Source: Candidatus Latescibacterota bacterium
GTDB taxonomy: Bacteria; Latescibacterota; UBA2968; GCA-2709665
DNA length: 64,000 bases
Reading direction: 5' to 3'
NCBI GenBank assembly: GCA_965205485.1
Contig: OZ242180.1
Span: 3,616,001 to 3,680,000 of the forward strand
The notes under the pieces are model-generated. The model made no database searches and had not been told where the DNA came from. It saw only the letters and a program-made list of their open reading frames with translations. The translations under genes were made by a program, and so were the position numbers. Within the stretch, counting starts at the first letter, position 1, and every line of letters begins with the position of its first letter. This document shows, in pieces, positions 1-9,851 of the stretch.

Positions 1-662
1 TTCGTCAACACCACGAATCCGCTGTCGGGATAGGCCTCCAGGATGCGGTATCCGAAAGCCACGCGCACCTGCCAGCCGAATTCCCGCCCGAGCCGCTCGG
101 TGACGTCCTTCCGTTCGCCATACCGATAAATCAACCGCCGAATCCGCTCGTTGCGGGCGTCTTCGATCCGCTGGTAGAGCCGGTCAGCTTCCATCCGGAG
201 GTTGTCCACCAGCGCGGCGCTATCCGCGCCGGACACCGCCATGAGGAGTTGTTCCTTTGCCCAGACGTCTTCCTTCCAGAATACGCCGGACCGGTTCATC
301 CGCACGGCGTCTTGCACGTTAGGACTCAGGATATTCCTCAGGAATCCCGCAGTGGGATGGGGAGCGTCGATTTCGGCGACAACCAGGATATTCTTGCGCC
401 TCTTGTTCTCGTACCTTTCGAAATTGGCCACATCTTCGAATTGCAGCCGGAAAATCTTCTCTTCCTGAGGCGTATAGATGATTTTTTCGAAGACCTCTTT
501 CAAATGCGGTTCCAGGCTCTCACGGGCGGCCGGATCGATCAGGACAAGTATTTCCTGTGCGGGTCCTACCGACTCGGGCAGCCGCGGGCCGCAGCCGGCC
601 AGCAATATCACGCACAGCGCGGTCGGGGAAATCCAGGTTCGTATTTTGAAACTCGGCGCCAT
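1..662 (-). CDS. DUF4837-like lipoprotein, partial (runs off the left edge)
   Basis: Manual translation from ATG at 662: MAPSFKIRTWISPTALCVILLAGCGPRLPESVG...IYTPQEEKIF...EDVWAKEQLL. LAGC lipobox, and the frame stays open to the window edge. Confidence 0.6.
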   Translation of the reverse strand, partial: MAPSFKIRTWISPTALCVILLAGCGPRLPESVGPAQEILVLIDPAARESLEPHLKEVFEKIIYTPQEEKIFRLQFEDVANFERYENKRRKNILVVAEIDAPHPTAGFLRNILSPNVQDAVRMNRSGVFWKEDVWAKEQLLMAVSGADSAALVDNLRMEADRLYQRIEDARNERIRRLIYRYGERKDVTERLGREFGWQVRVAFGYRILEAYPDSGFVVLT

Positions 663-849
663 GTCCTGAACAGCCGTTTGAAGGCAGTGAAATTGCCGGC
701 GAGCGGTTTGGTTCGCTGCCGGCAATTGTAATTGCACAGTGCGTGCCTGACGTTATCGCTCGTTGGCAAAAATACTCAATCAAAAGGACGCCAGAAAGGG
801 AAAAATGCCACCCGTCCGCCTGACTGGATGTGCCTTCCTTCCGCGCGCG

Positions 850-2715
850 TTACTTCCTGGTGCCGAATTCGATCTGCGCCGCCCAGGTGCTCGATGTACC
901 TTTTTCGGTATTCTTGACTGCGTATCGTACAGAAACGCGGATCCGCGACCCCGTGCAGACGATCCGGATTCCGGCCGTTCGGCCTCTTCCGGACAGGAGT
1001 TGCAGGCGGCTGCCACCCCATACATCGGGCTCGAACGTATATATTCGGGAGTCGAAGTGGGTCACGTCGAAAAGGGCCAGCCAGGCGTCGCCTCTCAGTC
1101 CTGTCCCGCGCTGGACGCGGAGATCCAGACCCGCGGCGCGGCCGCCGCTTTTTCGGATGGGGGCGCGGGCGCCCGCGCCTTCCAGCCACAGATTGAGGCG
1201 CGCGTTTGTTCTGGGCACGGTCAGACGAAGACGTGCGCGTCTCTGATGTCGCGGGCCTGTGATGCCCGAAGTCGTGACCGTCTGCCGCCGCGTGCCCAGC
1301 GTTAGCCGCATCCTGGCGCTGCCGAGGCGACGCCTCATTTCGAAGGCGAATCGCTCGCCACGGGCGGGCAGCGTGTATTTGCCTTGGGGCGCGATGCGGC
1401 CGTGCCGGTCGAGCGTGGCCTGCAACCGTGTTCTCCTGTCCGGCCGCCACACGGCGCCGGTGAACAGACCCCACTCGTTGCTGCCGCTGTAAGCGGAGAA
1501 CGGGCCGCCGTGCAGGCTTGAAAACCCGGGCGGATACCTGCGGGCAAGTACCACCAGTTTGAGGCGATCGATTTCCGTGCGTGCGCCGGTCAGCCAGGCA
1601 ACGGCTCTCCGCCCGGATGCCGCGATTTCGCCGAAAGCGTTTACCTGCCTCGCCCGCAGGTTCCAGTCCAAACCGGAGGAATGCAGGCGTCGTACGTCTT
1701 GCAGCGCAGGCGAAAACGTGGTCCGGACGAAAGTCGCCCCTATACTGCCGGCCGGCACTTCGACCCGGGATCGAAACGCCGCCAGGTGTTCCCGCAGCCT
1801 GCCTCTGCGTTCTCGCTGGGTTTGCGTGACGTGCAGGTCGGCGGTGCGTATCTCGGCAACGCCGGAACTGTCGATGGCGGCATCCCAGCGGTTGCTGGCG
1901 CCCATGGCCGTCCACGTGACCCGACCGGACCGGCCTTCTGCAAACAGGCCGCGGAGTGCGCCGTCTTCGATTGCGGAGCGGTTGCCCACGGTTCGAACGC
2001 TGGCTGGCCTGGCCCACTCGATGCCCGTCGCGGACCGGTTGTGGCGGCTGAAAAGCAGGCCCTGTCCGTAACCGGGTCGGAAGTCGCCCGCGAGCAGGCG
2101 CCGCAAGCCCGGCACGGTCGCGACGCTCACGTATCCGGTGAGGAAGTCCGCAAGCCGTACTTCCAGAGGGTCGCGTTCCGTGAGGAAGACGCCTTCCACG
2201 CGCCGTACTCCGATCACGGTGCGCTGGTAGAGCCGCAGGCTGGACCAGGCGTCAGAATGGCTGGACGGGCGGGTGATCCTGAGGGACGTCCGGACGCGGG
2301 GACCTCGCAGCGACGATACGGTCAGATAGGGCCGGACGGCGGCGAGGGTCTCGGATGTGACGCCGGGAACCCCGAGGAGATCGCCTAGACGTTGGTAGGG
2401 CCCGAACCGCTTTCGATAGGCGATGACCTGGCGCGCCAACTCGGGCGAGAACCAGGGCAGTGCCTGCAGGTCCTCGGAGTTGGCCCTGTTGACGTTGATG
2501 ACCTGTCCGTCCAGATCCCGGAGAACGGCCAGGTACGTCTCCGCGGTTTCAGGATTTAAGGATTCCTGCGCATGAGACGCGAAACCGCAGAGTAAATTTG
2601 GAAGCAGAGCGATGAAAGTCACTTTCGTTCTGCAACTGGCGAATTGAAAGAAAGCGCATACCACAGGCTGCCCCCCTGACATTTCAATTGGGCACAAGCT
2701 ATTGTTAACAAGCAA
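850..2715 (-). CDS. ComEA-like helix-hairpin-helix domain protein with a C-terminal beta-rich region (true start probably downstream)
   Basis: INVNRANSEDLQALPWFSPELARQVIAYRKRFGPYQRLGDLLGVPGV is an HhH_3 motif, followed by a beta-strand-rich region ending AQIEF. Confidence 0.75.
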   Translation of the reverse strand: MLVNNSLCPIEMSGGQPVVCAFFQFASCRTKVTFIALLPNLLCGFASHAQESLNPETAETYLAVLRDLDGQVINVNRANSEDLQALPWFSPELARQVIAYRKRFGPYQRLGDLLGVPGVTSETLAAVRPYLTVSSLRGPRVRTSLRITRPSSHSDAWSSLRLYQRTVIGVRRVEGVFLTERDPLEVRLADFLTGYVSVATVPGLRRLLAGDFRPGYGQGLLFSRHNRSATGIEWARPASVRTVGNRSAIEDGALRGLFAEGRSGRVTWTAMGASNRWDAAIDSSGVAEIRTADLHVTQTQRERRGRLREHLAAFRSRVEVPAGSIGATFVRTTFSPALQDVRRLHSSGLDWNLRARQVNAFGEIAASGRRAVAWLTGARTEIDRLKLVVLARRYPPGFSSLHGGPFSAYSGSNEWGLFTGAVWRPDRRTRLQATLDRHGRIAPQGKYTLPARGERFAFEMRRRLGSARMRLTLGTRRQTVTTSGITGPRHQRRARLRLTVPRTNARLNLWLEGAGARAPIRKSGGRAAGLDLRVQRGTGLRGDAWLALFDVTHFDSRIYTFEPDVWGGSRLQLLSGRGRTAGIRIVCTGSRIRVSVRYAVKNTEKGTSSTWAAQIEFGTRK

Positions 2716-2825
2716 TGAACCTGCCGTAGACGATGCGTCCGGCCGTTGCTCGTTGAATCCAGTGCAATTGAAATGCCAGCGGGTAGCATTTGTGATGCGG
2801 GGAGGAAAAGTGCGAGTGGAGGCGA

Positions 2826-4739
2826 TCAGGGTTCGGACGCGGCCTTGTCCGCGCGGCCGATTGAGAGGAGCTGAATCTTTCCGTCTTTTGCGGTCAGAAG
2901 GTACATCCAGCCGTTTTCCCGGTTGCCCCGGCTGAAGGAGATCTTTCCGGTGGCGCCCGGGATTTCACCGAGGTTCTCCAGCGCGTGCTGAAGTCGCCCG
3001 GGTGTCGTGCCGCCCCTTTCAACTGCGGTCAGAACCGCCGTCATGGCGTCGTATCCCAGCGCGGCCGCAATGCTCTGGTCGCGATTGAACCGTTGTCTGA
3101 AGGCGCCCAGGAACTCGTGAACGGAGACCAGATCGCTGCGAGTAGAATACTTGGCGACAAAGACCGCGCCGTCGGTATAGGAGTCTCGCGCGACTTCGTG
3201 GTGATTCCAGCCGTCGCTGCCCAGCAGTCGCGAGTGAATGCGGTGGAAGGCGATCTGCGGCGCGATCAGCAGGACGTCGTCCTTGCCCCCGGCAATGAGC
3301 AGGCCATCCAGCGTATGCACCGGCGGCGGCTGCACCGTATCGGGATCCACTTCGACCGGGGGCGGTGGCGCCAGCCGAATGCTACCCAGAATCAGCGAGT
3401 CTATTTCGTCCGCGAGGATTTCGGGCGGATGGAGCGCCAGTCCGGCGTCTCTGATGCGTTCCAGCTGACCCCGGTAGTCGGTCGTGCCCGGTTCGTACCA
3501 CGTCTGTATGACGACTTCCGAACCCGACTCTTCCGCACGGGCCGTGAACTCCCTGGCGATTCGCTCACCGTAGGTGTCCCGGGACGCAAAGGTCGCCAAA
3601 GTGCGCATGCCCGATTCCCGGACCGCGTAGTCGGCAATCCGGCGGCCCTGCGCGCCGGGCGTTGCGTTGATCTGAAACACCCAGGGACTCAGGGTCGCCA
3701 GCCCGTCCTCCGATGCCGTGGGCGCAATCAGCGGAACCTCGTAAGAGCCGGCCAGTGCAGCGATGGGAAGGGTCTCAGCGCTGGTGAGGGCGCCGATTAT
3801 GGCAATCACATCGTGTTCTTCGACCAGACTCTGAGCTGCCTTTATCGCGCGTACCGGGCTGCCTTCCGAGTCTTTGAAGACCAGCGCGACCGGCTCTCGC
3901 GATTTGAGTTGATGCAGCTCCCGGGCGACCAGGACACCGTCTACCATGTCCTTTCCCGGCGGGCTTGCCAGGGGCGCGATCACGCCTATCGTGAAGCGCG
4001 CGTCGGCCGGTTCTTCGGGGCCTACGGCGGCAGGTGTGGGCGGCACACCGGCTACGGAGGGCTGAATGCGTTCCGGCTCAAGGCGTTTTTCTCTTACCAG
4101 CGGCGCGAAGGTGCCGTTGGGATACCGATCCACGAATCCGGCCATATCCTTTCCGGATGGTTCGGTCCGGGCAAGTCTCGACGGCCACCGGGCGCGGCCG
4201 AACGCCAGGGCCTCCGCGACGATGTCCCTTCCAAAGTCGTTCTTCAGACGTGCGACGTCGCCATCGGTGATTCTCCCCGCTCCGGCTAGTTGACCCAGCC
4301 GATCCGCTGCTCTGGCCTTCAGGCGGAGGTCTGCCTTTCCGGACACCACGCGGGCGTACAGGGCCGCGGCGGCGTAGACCCTTCCCTGCTGGAATTCGCA
4401 ATCACCGGCGATCAGGTCGGCTTCGGGAAGATAACTGCTGCGCGGGAAGGCGTCGTAGATTCCCACTGCCGTTGCCAGCGCCAGATTGTATTTCCCGAGT
4501 TTGTAGAGCGATTTGGCGAGCATCAGCCGGGAGGCCGATGTTCGCCAGTGTGCGGGGTCGGCTTCGGCCAGCGCCCGGAAGGCCGCTTCCGCCGCCCGAT
4601 AGTTGCCGGCAGTGTAGTCGCCAAGGGCGCTGTGAAACCGGTTTTCGATCTCCCCGCGGCCGATCTGCGCATCGGAAGGATGTGCGACTGCGAGATGAGT
4701 AACGAGGACAAGCCAGAACGCTGAAGCGATCCGATTCAC
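2826..4739 (-). CDS. TPR plus periplasmic binding-protein type 1 domain protein (LpoA/LppC-like)
   Basis: Signal peptide, TPR-like helices, then IGVIAPL...DSEGSPVRAIKAA...AIIGALTS...AALGYDA. Confidence 0.75.
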   Translation of the reverse strand: MNRIASAFWLVLVTHLAVAHPSDAQIGRGEIENRFHSALGDYTAGNYRAAEAAFRALAEADPAHWRTSASRLMLAKSLYKLGKYNLALATAVGIYDAFPRSSYLPEADLIAGDCEFQQGRVYAAAALYARVVSGKADLRLKARAADRLGQLAGAGRITDGDVARLKNDFGRDIVAEALAFGRARWPSRLARTEPSGKDMAGFVDRYPNGTFAPLVREKRLEPERIQPSVAGVPPTPAAVGPEEPADARFTIGVIAPLASPPGKDMVDGVLVARELHQLKSREPVALVFKDSEGSPVRAIKAAQSLVEEHDVIAIIGALTSAETLPIAALAGSYEVPLIAPTASEDGLATLSPWVFQINATPGAQGRRIADYAVRESGMRTLATFASRDTYGERIAREFTARAEESGSEVVIQTWYEPGTTDYRGQLERIRDAGLALHPPEILADEIDSLILGSIRLAPPPPVEVDPDTVQPPPVHTLDGLLIAGGKDDVLLIAPQIAFHRIHSRLLGSDGWNHHEVARDSYTDGAVFVAKYSTRSDLVSVHEFLGAFRQRFNRDQSIAAALGYDAMTAVLTAVERGGTTPGRLQHALENLGEIPGATGKISFSRGNRENGWMYLLTAKDGKIQLLSIGRADKAASEP

Positions 4740-5097
4740 ACGTGGTTCCTCACGGAAATGACATCCCGAACAACTGGTTTTCCAACCTGCCAGAAGCCGT
4801 CTTCAGCCGGACGTGGAATTCTCCGGTGGGGTGAGCAGGTGCAGCTTCGTTTTCGCAGAGTACCGCAGCCGCAAAACCCAAATATAGGGACAATGCTCGG
4901 GATAGGCGAGTGTTTTGTATTTAATTGGTCAGACATCGTATCCCGGCTTCCGATTCAACACTCGCACTTTGCGTGGATATTGGTATTGACAACACGACGG
5001 CGTAGATATACTGTATGACTGGGCTGCTGTTTTTTCGAATTGGGGTTAATCCTTTGAATCCTTAGTAATCCTGTTAATCTTGGTAAGGAGAGAAGAA

Positions 5098-6270
5098 ATG
5101 AAGACCGACGAAACAACCTCCACCTACAGGGCGCCCGCCTTTGCCGACGCGCTGCCCGAGTTGGCGGCGCCGGGCGCGACGCCCGAGCGGCTGGCGCACC
5201 TCGAGGAGCACGGATTCATCATCATCAACGACTTCGTCGACAGTCCGTGGATTCCGGTTCTCCGGGATGCGGGCCGCCGGATTACGGAGGCGTGCGCCCC
5301 GGCCAACGGGTACAGCAAAATCGACAGCTCCAGGGGTTACGTCCACCGTACCGGGAAGGACGAACCGTGGGCGATACGCGGTCTGGTCCATCCGGCATTC
5401 AATGAACCCTGTTTCGCGGAGTTCCACGGCTCGGACGATTTTCTGAACTTCGTGCGCTCCTGGTGCAATGGTCTTGGCCCCGAGGATTTCACGTATGGCG
5501 GTCTGCTGTTGTGGTGCAATCCGAGAGAGACGGAACATTCCCTCAGCTGGCATCGTGACGCGACGTGGTGGGGGACGGGAAAGCCCTATTTCGCGCAGCG
5601 TGAGATCCGCGGGGAGGGGCCCGAAGCGTATACGGAAGAGGTGGAGCGGGAGCGCTGGGCGGAGATTCGCGCGAACAACGCCAGGTCGATTACCGAGCGG
5701 AACGGGGTGAGCATGTTCCTTGCGCTGGTCGACGAAGAATGCCACGAACTCATACCCGGCAGCCACAATCGGTGGCGCACGCCCTACGAGCACGATGTCC
5801 TCCTTCCCAAGGCCATGAAGGAGAAGGGCGTCCCGCACACACCCAGTTGGAACGGCGTCGACCCGTTGCCGGGACAGGTCGCAGTGAGGCTGAAGGCGGG
5901 CGAAGCTCTCATACGGATCGGCTCGAATATTCACACGGGCCACACCGTACCCGAAAGAGAAAGGAATACGCTGTCCATCGGATGGTCCAGGTGGTCCGGG
6001 CCGTTCACGGGTGATCCTTCCGTGGCCGACGTGCGGAGCGCATGGCAGCTTGATCCCGCGGTGCGTGACGCGTTGCCCTACGACTGGATGAGAACTGCGT
6101 GGGACCGATGGGCCGAAACGCAAAAGCTCGGCGATACGCTCGAAGACCGGTACCCCGCTTACGACATCCGGCGGATAAAGGCCGGAGAAGTCGTGGGCTG
6201 GCGCGGCGAGTTGGAGCGCCAGGCCGCCGAGGCTGGCGAGGCCTGGCAGTCCTTTCAGCGGGCCGGATAG
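5098..6270 (+). CDS. Phytanoyl-CoA dioxygenase (PhyH)-like Fe(II)/2-oxoglutarate oxygenase
   Basis: LEEHGFIII, WHRD HxD motif, LIPGSH and distal HTG. SD AAGGAG upstream of ATG 5098. Confidence 0.7.
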   Translation: MKTDETTSTYRAPAFADALPELAAPGATPERLAHLEEHGFIIINDFVDSPWIPVLRDAGRRITEACAPANGYSKIDSSRGYVHRTGKDEPWAIRGLVHPAFNEPCFAEFHGSDDFLNFVRSWCNGLGPEDFTYGGLLLWCNPRETEHSLSWHRDATWWGTGKPYFAQREIRGEGPEAYTEEVERERWAEIRANNARSITERNGVSMFLALVDEECHELIPGSHNRWRTPYEHDVLLPKAMKEKGVPHTPSWNGVDPLPGQVAVRLKAGEALIRIGSNIHTGHTVPERERNTLSIGWSRWSGPFTGDPSVADVRSAWQLDPAVRDALPYDWMRTAWDRWAETQKLGDTLEDRYPAYDIRRIKAGEVVGWRGELERQAAEAGEAWQSFQRAG

Positions 6271-6417
6271 GGTGTAGCCCCACTCTTGTTACCTCCGCGG
6301 TTCCGCCGGAGTCAGGACGAATGGGCGTCGATCCACTTTTTTTGAACAACCGTCCTTGACAAACGTATATAAGATGGCGTCAATTCTGACAGACGAAATC
6401 CGCTTGTGAGGCAGAGG

Positions 6418-6768
6418 ATGATTCGCGCGCTATCCACGACAGGTCTGGCAGTTGGCTTCGCTCTTGCTGCCATCCAGTGCCTGTGCGGGATGTCGGTTCC
6501 GGTTGAAGCATGCCACGCCCAGCCGGTTGAGGCGGACTGCTGCTGCGCCGGAAACGGTGGCAGCGTTAAAGATGCCCCGCCGGATCTGCCTTCCGCGATT
6601 CAGTCCTCAACGCCCCGTTTTCCGGGTCCGGATTCCCACACCGGACCTCGATCGGTCAGCTCCGCCGGGGCTTTTGGTTCATGCATGACCCGCGCGGGCG
6701 TATTTCATTCGGCCCCGCCCCATCCGTTATCCTCGCTGTACCTGATGAATGCTTCGTTTCTAATCTGA
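6418..6768 (+). CDS. Small exported Cys/His-rich protein upstream of the metal efflux operon
   Basis: Signal-like N-terminus, CLC...CH...DCCC, and C-terminal PPHPLSSLYLMNASFLI, typical of leaders of heavy-metal efflux clusters. Confidence 0.55.
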   Translation: MIRALSTTGLAVGFALAAIQCLCGMSVPVEACHAQPVEADCCCAGNGGSVKDAPPDLPSAIQSSTPRFPGPDSHTGPRSVSSAGAFGSCMTRAGVFHSAPPHPLSSLYLMNASFLI

Positions 6769-6781
6769 TTTCCCGCCCTGT

Positions 6782-6841
6782 CAGCCCGTTGAAAAAGCCC
6801 ATCCGGCTTCGCCTGCAGAGCGGCTTTATCACCGGACTGCT
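6782..6841 (+). mobile_element. MITE-like family B, internally deleted copy
   Basis: CAGCCCGTTGAAAAAGCCCATCCGG...TCGCCTGCAGAGCGGCTTTATCACCGGACTGCT matches both ends of the reverse complement of 32472-32572. Confidence 0.6.
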
Positions 6842-6882
6842 GACCGCGTCTCCCGCGGCGCGGTATCTTTCTTCTCCTCGTT

Positions 6883-7046
6883 GGAAGTTGTTTTAAAATT
6901 ACCGGTGAGTTCCCGAGCGCGAGCGAAAAAGTGGCGGTCAAGGCGGGAAATTCCACCCATATTTGTCTATACGGGTGGGTTTGACCAACGCCGACCGGCG
7001 CTTTTGCAGCCGCGCGAAGACCGCTGGGAATTTTAAGACAGCTTCT
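6883..7046. mobile_element. MITE-like family A, 164 bp with ~18-bp terminal inverted repeats
   Basis: GGAAGTTGTTTTAAAATT...AATTTTAAGACAGCTTCT. A near-identical copy lies at 30377-30540. Confidence 0.8.
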
Positions 7047-7148
7047 AAACATCGCCCGAATTTTAGTCGCTGGACGAAAACCCTCCGGCTCGAGTGCGTT
7101 GTTTCGCGCGTGCGCGGCCGTTTTTCCCAGCCACGGAGGTGATCAGTC

Positions 7149-8411
7149 TTGAAGGGATTGCTGAAACTCATCGGGATGTGTCTTTTCCTCATACCCGGGA
7201 TTTCCGGCGCCGCGGCATCGGACCTGGAGGTGTTGGTCGACTCGGCGCTCGCGAAAAATCCCGGTCTGGAGGTTCTTGAGTACCGGTTGGCCGCAATCGA
7301 AGCCAGGGTGCCTCAGGCCGGTGCGCTGCAAGATCCGATGCTGGCGCTGGATTTGCGGAACGTACCGACAAGCAGCTTTGACTTCAACAGTACGCATATG
7401 TCCGGCAAGCAGTTGACGGTCAGCCAGCGGATACCGCTTCCGGGCCTGTTGCACGCGAAAGAGCAGGCGGCGGAATCTTCCGCTGGCGCTGCCAGAGAAG
7501 TCCTTGCGGACCGTACCGGAACGATCGTCAATCTTGTTAAGCAGGGATACTATGCGCTGGCGTTTCTGGAACGGGCAATCGAAGTGACGGAACGGAACCG
7601 GGCGCTCCTCCGGGACCTGGTTCGAATCGCAGAGAAGAAATACGTGGTCGGTCGGGGACTTCAACAAGACGTCCTGAAGGCCCAGGTGTCCCTTTCCGCG
7701 CTGCAGGATCGACTGATCGGGCTGAATACGGACCGCAGGCTTGCGGAGGCGCGGCTTAACCGGGTCCTGAATCGGCCGATGGATACCGCCGTGAATGCGC
7801 CCAGCGACGTGATTGCGACGCCATTCGCCCTGTCGGTGAAGGACGCCCAGCGGCTGGCACTGGCGCACCGCCCGCTGTTGAAGGAAATAGACCATACCAT
7901 TTCCGGTTGGGCGGCAACCGAACAGGCGGCAAGGCGATCGGGCCGGCCCGATCTGACGTTTCGCCTGGGCTACCTGCAACGGGCCCACGTGGCGCCCGAT
8001 CCCGTGAGCGGCAGCGACTTTCTGTCGTTCGGCGTGAGCATGAACCTTCCGATCTTCAACGGACGGAAACGGGACAGTCAAATTGCCGAGGCGCAGGCCA
8101 ATATCAGAATGGTCAGGGCGCAAAAGGAGGACGTCAGCCGCGAGATCCTGTTTCGGGTGGAAGAAATCTGCCTTGAAGTCGACCGGCACTGGAAGCAGGC
8201 GGAGCTGTTCCGTACCGCAATTCTGCCCCAGGCGCAGCAGTCACTGGAATCCGCAATGGCGGGATACCAGGTGGACAAAGTGGACTTTTTGACCTTGTTG
8301 AACAACCAGGTCTCGTTGTTTCAGTTTGAAATCGAACACTATCACCATCTGATCCAACGCGAGAAAAAGCTGGCGGAATTGGAAGCGGTTATCGGAAAAC
8401 GGCTGTTTTAG
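7149..8411 (+). CDS. TolC/CusC-family outer membrane efflux protein
   Basis: TTG start after GGAGG. OEP repeats (ALAKNPGL, SMNLPIFNG, GYQVDKVDFLTLL). First gene of a CBA cluster. Confidence 0.9.
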   Translation: MKGLLKLIGMCLFLIPGISGAAASDLEVLVDSALAKNPGLEVLEYRLAAIEARVPQAGALQDPMLALDLRNVPTSSFDFNSTHMSGKQLTVSQRIPLPGLLHAKEQAAESSAGAAREVLADRTGTIVNLVKQGYYALAFLERAIEVTERNRALLRDLVRIAEKKYVVGRGLQQDVLKAQVSLSALQDRLIGLNTDRRLAEARLNRVLNRPMDTAVNAPSDVIATPFALSVKDAQRLALAHRPLLKEIDHTISGWAATEQAARRSGRPDLTFRLGYLQRAHVAPDPVSGSDFLSFGVSMNLPIFNGRKRDSQIAEAQANIRMVRAQKEDVSREILFRVEEICLEVDRHWKQAELFRTAILPQAQQSLESAMAGYQVDKVDFLTLLNNQVSLFQFEIEHYHHLIQREKKLAELEAVIGKRLF

Positions 8412-8475
8412 CGCGGTTTCCCGATATCGCCTCGGTTTCAGCAAACGTACGCATTGAAGAGGGAAGGGTCGAGTT

Positions 8476-9759
8476 ATGAATTCGAAAACCATCGTTGTGA
8501 CGATTCTCGCCCTGATTGTCGGTGTGGGCCTGGGAATGTGGATCGGAGGAGAGGACGGGTCGACGACTCACGAGTCGGGACCGTCCGTGCACCGGTGCCC
8601 GATGCATCCGACGGTGGTGTCGGACAGGCCCGGAAGCTGTCCGATTTGCGGAATGGACCTGGTGATGGACCAGCCCGGCAGGTCGGGACACGAAGGCGAC
8701 CACGGAGAGGAAGCCGGCGAGGTCCGGATCGATCCGTCCACCGTGCAGAATATGGGGGTCAGAGTCGGGGTCGTGGAACGGCGCCCGTTGAGCCGGACCG
8801 TTCGCACCATGGGACGCGTAGATTACGACGAAACAGGAATGACGGACGTGAATACGAAGGTAACCGGATGGGTTGAGAAACTGCATGTTGACTTCACCGG
8901 TCAGGAGGTGAAGAAGGGACAACCGCTGCTGGATATCTACAGTCCCGAACTCGTGGCCGCGCAGGAGGAATACCTCACGGCGCTGGACTATGTCCGGAGG
9001 CTGGAGGCGGGCGGGTCCGCCGAAGCGCTGGATGGCGCAAAGGCGCTCCTGAGCGCGGCGCGGCAGCGATTGATGTACTGGGATATTGCGGAAGCGCAGA
9101 TTGCGGACCTGGAGCGGACGCGGGAGGCCAGGCGGACCATGACGATCCATTCCCCGCAGGAGGGCGTGGTTGTGCATCGGGCGGTGTACGACGGCGCGCA
9201 TATAAAGGCCGGAGAGCATCTCTATCGAATCGCGGATCTTTCGCGCGTATGGGTCTACGCGGATATCTACGAGTACGAATTGCCGTGGATCAGCAGAGGG
9301 CAGTCGGCCGAAGTCGTGCTCTCCTACGCGCCCGGCAGGGAGTTCAAAGGTGTGGTGAGCTACGTCTATCCGTTCCTGGAGTCCAGGACACGTACCGCGA
9401 AGGTTCGGATGGTGTTCGACAACCCGGAACTGCAATTGAAACCCGAGATGTTCGCCACGGTAAAGATCCTCTCCGAGGTGTCGAAGGAGGCCGTCGTCGT
9501 CCCTGCGGAGGCAGTGATCCGGACGGGAGAGCGAAGCGTCGTGATTCTGGATCTCGGGGAAGGTCGTTTTTCGCCGCGCGAAGTGTCGCTTGGGGTGGAG
9601 GCGGACGACGTCTTCGAGGTGACCGGCGGGCTGCAGGGAGGCGAGCGGGTTGTCGTATCAGCGCAGTTTCTGATCGACTCGGAAAGCAACCTGAAGGCGG
9701 CGCTTGGAAACATCGGCGCACAACACGAAACTTCGGCGCCGATGCAGCATCGACATTGA
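8476..9759 (+). CDS. cusB: CusB-like efflux periplasmic adaptor with heavy-metal-binding domain
   Basis: CPMHP...PGSCPICGMDL motif, GWVEKL...YSPELVAAQEEYL, SAQFLIDSESNL. Confidence 0.9.
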   Translation: MNSKTIVVTILALIVGVGLGMWIGGEDGSTTHESGPSVHRCPMHPTVVSDRPGSCPICGMDLVMDQPGRSGHEGDHGEEAGEVRIDPSTVQNMGVRVGVVERRPLSRTVRTMGRVDYDETGMTDVNTKVTGWVEKLHVDFTGQEVKKGQPLLDIYSPELVAAQEEYLTALDYVRRLEAGGSAEALDGAKALLSAARQRLMYWDIAEAQIADLERTREARRTMTIHSPQEGVVVHRAVYDGAHIKAGEHLYRIADLSRVWVYADIYEYELPWISRGQSAEVVLSYAPGREFKGVVSYVYPFLESRTRTAKVRMVFDNPELQLKPEMFATVKILSEVSKEAVVVPAEAVIRTGERSVVILDLGEGRFSPREVSLGVEADDVFEVTGGLQGGERVVVSAQFLIDSESNLKAALGNIGAQHETSAPMQHRH

Positions 9760-9851
9760 GGTCGGGTAACGCAACCGGGTTCATAGGCGGAACCGGGATC
9801 CGGGACCGATGCCAATGTCACTGACATCTTCTTTAACGGAAAGTCGAGATT

